From Bacteroidota bacterium (GTDB lineage Bacteria > Bacteroidota > Bacteroidia > NS11-12g > UBA955): a stretch of DNA of 64,000 bases. The stretch is from contig JAQCBH010000001.1 in the NCBI GenBank assembly GCA_027621365.1, forward strand, positions 200,724 through 264,723, in the 5' to 3' direction. The position numbers were made by a program, and so were the translations under genes. The notes beneath the pieces were generated by a model that saw only the letters and a list, made by a program, of their open reading frames with translations, did no database searches and was not told where the DNA came from. Below are positions 61,140 through 64,000 of the stretch, piece after piece. Each line of letters begins with the position of its first letter. Within the stretch, counting starts at the first letter, position 1.

Positions 61140-62405
61140 ATGGTTGACGTAATTCTAGGCCTCCAATGGGGCGACGAAGGAAAAGGCAAGATTGCCGACT
61201 TTTTAACTCCCCAATACCATGTAGTGGCCCGTTTCCAAGGCGGCCCCAACGCCGGGCACTCCTTGGAATTTGAAGGCAAGAAATTTGTCTTGAACACCAT
61301 TCCTTCTGGCATTTTTCGACAGGACACCTTGAATCTTATTGGCAATGGCGTGGTCATTGATCCCGTGCGTTTGCAACAAGAAATCGGTCGCATTTCTGAC
61401 GAATGTCCGAACTACAAAGAGCGATTGCTGATCTCCAAAAAGGCGCACTTGATTCTGCCCACTCACCGCATACTGGACGCGGCCTCTGAGGCCTCGAAGG
61501 GTGCCGGCAAAATCGGCAGCACCTTGCGCGGCATTGGCCCCACTTACCGAGACAAAGTGGGTCGTAGCGGTTTGCGCGTCGGCGATATCCTTCACAGCGA
61601 TTTTACGACCCTATACCGCCAAGCGACCGAGGCACATTTGCGTTTGATCGAACATTACGGGTATACCGATTTCGATTTGGAAACCGAAGAAACGTCCTTC
61701 TTTGAAGCCGTTGAATTCCTGAAGGGCCATCAGCTCATCAATAGCGAGTACTTCATCAACGATTGCATTGCTCAAGGCAAGAAAATCTTGGCTGAGGGTG
61801 CACAAGGCTCTATGCTGGACATCGAATTCGGCACCTATCCTTTCGTCACCTCTTCCACCACCTTGTCAGGCGGGGTATGCTCCGGCTTGGGCATTGCACC
61901 CAAACACATCGGCAAGGTCTACGGCATCTTCAAGGCCTATTGCACCCGAGTGGGCTCTGGCCCCTTCCCCACTGAATTGTTTGATCAAACGGGCGAAGAT
62001 TTGCGCCGAATTGGCCACGAATATGGGGCTACGACGGGGCGTGAGCGTCGCTGCGGATGGCTCGACCTAGTGGCTTTGAAATACGCTTGCATGTTGAATG
62101 GCGTCGATGAACTGATCATGATGAAAGGTGATGTATTGAACGGCATGGACAGCATTTCAGCCGCTACCGCTTATCAATACGAGGGAGCCGAACACAAGCA
62201 AGTTCCTTCCAACATGGTGAATACCCCTGTTGAGCCTGTGTATTCTCAGCACAAAGGATGGTCAAAAGACATTGACTTGAGCAAAGGCTACGAAGCCATG
62301 GACCAAGAGTTCCGTGATTACATCGAGTACATCGAGCAATACATAGGTCACCGCATTTCGGTCATTTCCATGGGCCCAGAGCGAGAGAAAACCTTGCAAC
62401 GCTAA
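61140..62405 (+). CDS. purA: Adenylosuccinate synthetase
   Basis: QWGDEGKGK, GGPNAGH, EGAQG, GATTGRERRCGW. Confidence 0.98.
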   Translation: MVDVILGLQWGDEGKGKIADFLTPQYHVVARFQGGPNAGHSLEFEGKKFVLNTIPSGIFRQDTLNLIGNGVVIDPVRLQQEIGRISDECPNYKERLLISKKAHLILPTHRILDAASEASKGAGKIGSTLRGIGPTYRDKVGRSGLRVGDILHSDFTTLYRQATEAHLRLIEHYGYTDFDLETEETSFFEAVEFLKGHQLINSEYFINDCIAQGKKILAEGAQGSMLDIEFGTYPFVTSSTTLSGGVCSGLGIAPKHIGKVYGIFKAYCTRVGSGPFPTELFDQTGEDLRRIGHEYGATTGRERRCGWLDLVALKYACMLNGVDELIMMKGDVLNGMDSISAATAYQYEGAEHKQVPSNMVNTPVEPVYSQHKGWSKDIDLSKGYEAMDQEFRDYIEYIEQYIGHRISVISMGPEREKTLQR

Positions 62406-62417
62406 ATCCATCTTAGC

Positions 62418-63026
62418 ATGAAAATCATTTGCATAGGCCGCAACTACGCCGCTCACATAGACGAGCTACGCAACGAGCGACCCAGCGAACCCGTGATTTT
62501 CATCAAACCCGATAGTGCCCTGCTTCGAAACGGGAATCCCTTTGTGCGACCCGATTTCAGCCAGAACATTCACTACGAACTCGAGTTGGTCGTCAAAATC
62601 AAGAAACCAGGCAAGGCCATACCCCGAGCCTTTGCCCCCGACTACTATGACGAAGTCAGCCTAGGCATTGACATGACCGCCCGAGATGTGCAAGATGCTT
62701 TGAAAGCCAAAGGGCTTCCCTGGGAAAAAGCCAAAGCCTTCGACCATTCAGCCGTCATCGGCACTTTTCGCACCAAAGAGGGCTTGAACCTCAACGACTG
62801 CCGCTTTCGACTGGAGAAAAACGGGCAAATCGTGCAAGATGGCCATACGGCTATGATGCTGTGGTCGGTTGATGAGATCATCGAACACGTCTCTCAGTAC
62901 TTCATGCTCAAAACCGGCGATTACATCTACACGGGTACCCCCGCTGGAGTTGGGCCGATAGCTTCAGGTGATCGATTGGTTGGGTACTTGGAAGACCAGC
63001 TGTTGCTCGAAACCACGGTGATATAG
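62418..63026 (+). CDS. Fumarylacetoacetate hydrolase family protein
   Basis: CIGRNY, HYELE, DMTARD, WEKAKAFD, TGTPAGVG. Confidence 0.92.
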   Translation: MKIICIGRNYAAHIDELRNERPSEPVIFIKPDSALLRNGNPFVRPDFSQNIHYELELVVKIKKPGKAIPRAFAPDYYDEVSLGIDMTARDVQDALKAKGLPWEKAKAFDHSAVIGTFRTKEGLNLNDCRFRLEKNGQIVQDGHTAMMLWSVDEIIEHVSQYFMLKTGDYIYTGTPAGVGPIASGDRLVGYLEDQLLLETTVI

Positions 63027-63094
63027 TCCAAATTGGGTATAAGTGTCATCTAGACAATAAGGCTTTTCTCCCTGAATCAATTTACTTTGTGGAC

Positions 63095-64000
63095 ATGAAG
63101 GCATTGTCTACCTTTCTCGTTTGCACGGCGGCGTTTTTTATGCCTAGCCACTCTGAGGCAAAAAGCGCAGCGAACAATCCCGTTCAGCACCTCACTCCCG
63201 TTCATTGGTACATTGGTTTTTCCAATCCTGAATTGGAAATCATCGTACACGCTCCCGGGGCCGCCTATTACAACTATACGCTCAAGGCCTATGCTGGGGT
63301 TCAGATGAAGAGCCAAACTTCAGGAGCTCATCCTGACATTGCTTACATTCATCTTACCATAGATCCTTCGACCCAACCTGGATCGCTGTCCATACAGGCC
63401 AAAGCCAAAACGGGCGTAGAACGATTGCCCAGCTTTGCCTTTCCTTATGAACTCAAGGCGCGACGCCAGGCCGATCAACGCGCGGAACCGATCATGCCCA
63501 GCGATGTCATGTACTTGATTTTCCCCGATCGCTTTGCCAATGGCGATCCGAGCAACGACAATGCCACTACACGAAACAACGAACAGGCCGATCGTGGCGC
63601 CTTGCGCGCAAGGCACGGAGGGGATTTGGCGGGCATCTCCCAACATCTCGACTACTTGCAAGATTTGGGCATCAATGCCTTGTGGTTGAATCCCGTTCAA
63701 GAGAGCGATCAAGCCGATGAAAGCTTTCATGGATACGCCATCACAGACCATTACCGCATTGACCCTCGTTTTGGCAGCAATCAAGAGTACCTCTCCCTCT
63801 GCGCCAACATGATAAATAGAGGCATGAAAATGGTCATGGACATCATCCCCAATCATCCCGGCGATGGCCATTGGATGTACCTAAACTCGGACACCGGTTG
63901 GTTCCATTTTCGCGACAGTTTTGTGCGCTCCAATTTCCGCGCCCAAAGCAACCATGACCCATATGCCGACCCTTCAGAGCGGCTATTGAACACCGATGGC
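63095..64000 (+). CDS. GH13 cyclomaltodextrinase/neopullulanase-like (SusA-like); runs off the window edge
   Basis: Missing from the ORF track. Manual translation gives a signal peptide, P.HWYIG..NPELE, YLIFPDRFANGD, RHGGDLAG, HGYAITDHY, DIIPNH. Confidence 0.9.
   Translation, partial: MKALSTFLVCTAAFFMPSHSEAKSAANNPVQHLTPVHWYIGFSNPELEIIVHAPGAAYYNYTLKAYAGVQMKSQTSGAHPDIAYIHLTIDPSTQPGSLSIQAKAKTGVERLPSFAFPYELKARRQADQRAEPIMPSDVMYLIFPDRFANGDPSNDNATTRNNEQADRGALRARHGGDLAGISQHLDYLQDLGINALWLNPVQESDQADESFHGYAITDHYRIDPRFGSNQEYLSLCANMINRGMKMVMDIIPNHPGDGHWMYLNSDTGWFHFRDSFVRSNFRAQSNHDPYADPSERLLNTDG

Noticed and set aside
63320-63871. 183-aa minus-strand ORF
   Set aside because: Antisense to the clear GH13 gene on the + strand.

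Overview
Gene-dense, mostly housekeeping chromosomal segment of a Bacteroidota bacterium. This assignment rests on TAnnTTTG -7 promoter elements, the absence of obvious Shine-Dalgarno sites, and Bacteroidota-type rpoBC, tuf, rpsU and a sulfonolipid-synthase-like gene. It carries the tRNA-Thr/Tyr/Gly/Thr-tuf-tRNA-Trp-secE-nusG-rplKAJL-rpoBC cluster, dnaA, aspS, thiL, gpmI, purA, gcvT, tdk, rpsU-xerC-hpf and various metabolic genes. I saw no CRISPR array, transposase or prophage gene. Four things stand out. (1) A co-oriented minus-strand sulfur cluster at 1-6097 (OprD-like porin, Tat-exported SoxB-like hydrolase, TauE transporter, TsdA-like diheme cytochrome c, thiol/TPMT methyltransferase, persulfide-dioxygenase-like MBL protein) with no soxAXYZ in view, which is a candidate Sox-independent thiosulfate/tetrathionate pathway. 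(2) A TAnnTTTG promoter sits only 4-7 nt before the start codon of more than a dozen genes, implying pervasive leaderless mRNAs. (3) A small His/CxxC/KGPP ORF resembling CruR/CutF metal-sensing ribosome-arrest leaders precedes a TonB-dependent metal receptor. (4) An apparent ~22 kb inversion separates rpsU-xerC-hpf from the tRNA-tuf cluster. All protein calls come from motif recognition and recall, not from database searches.
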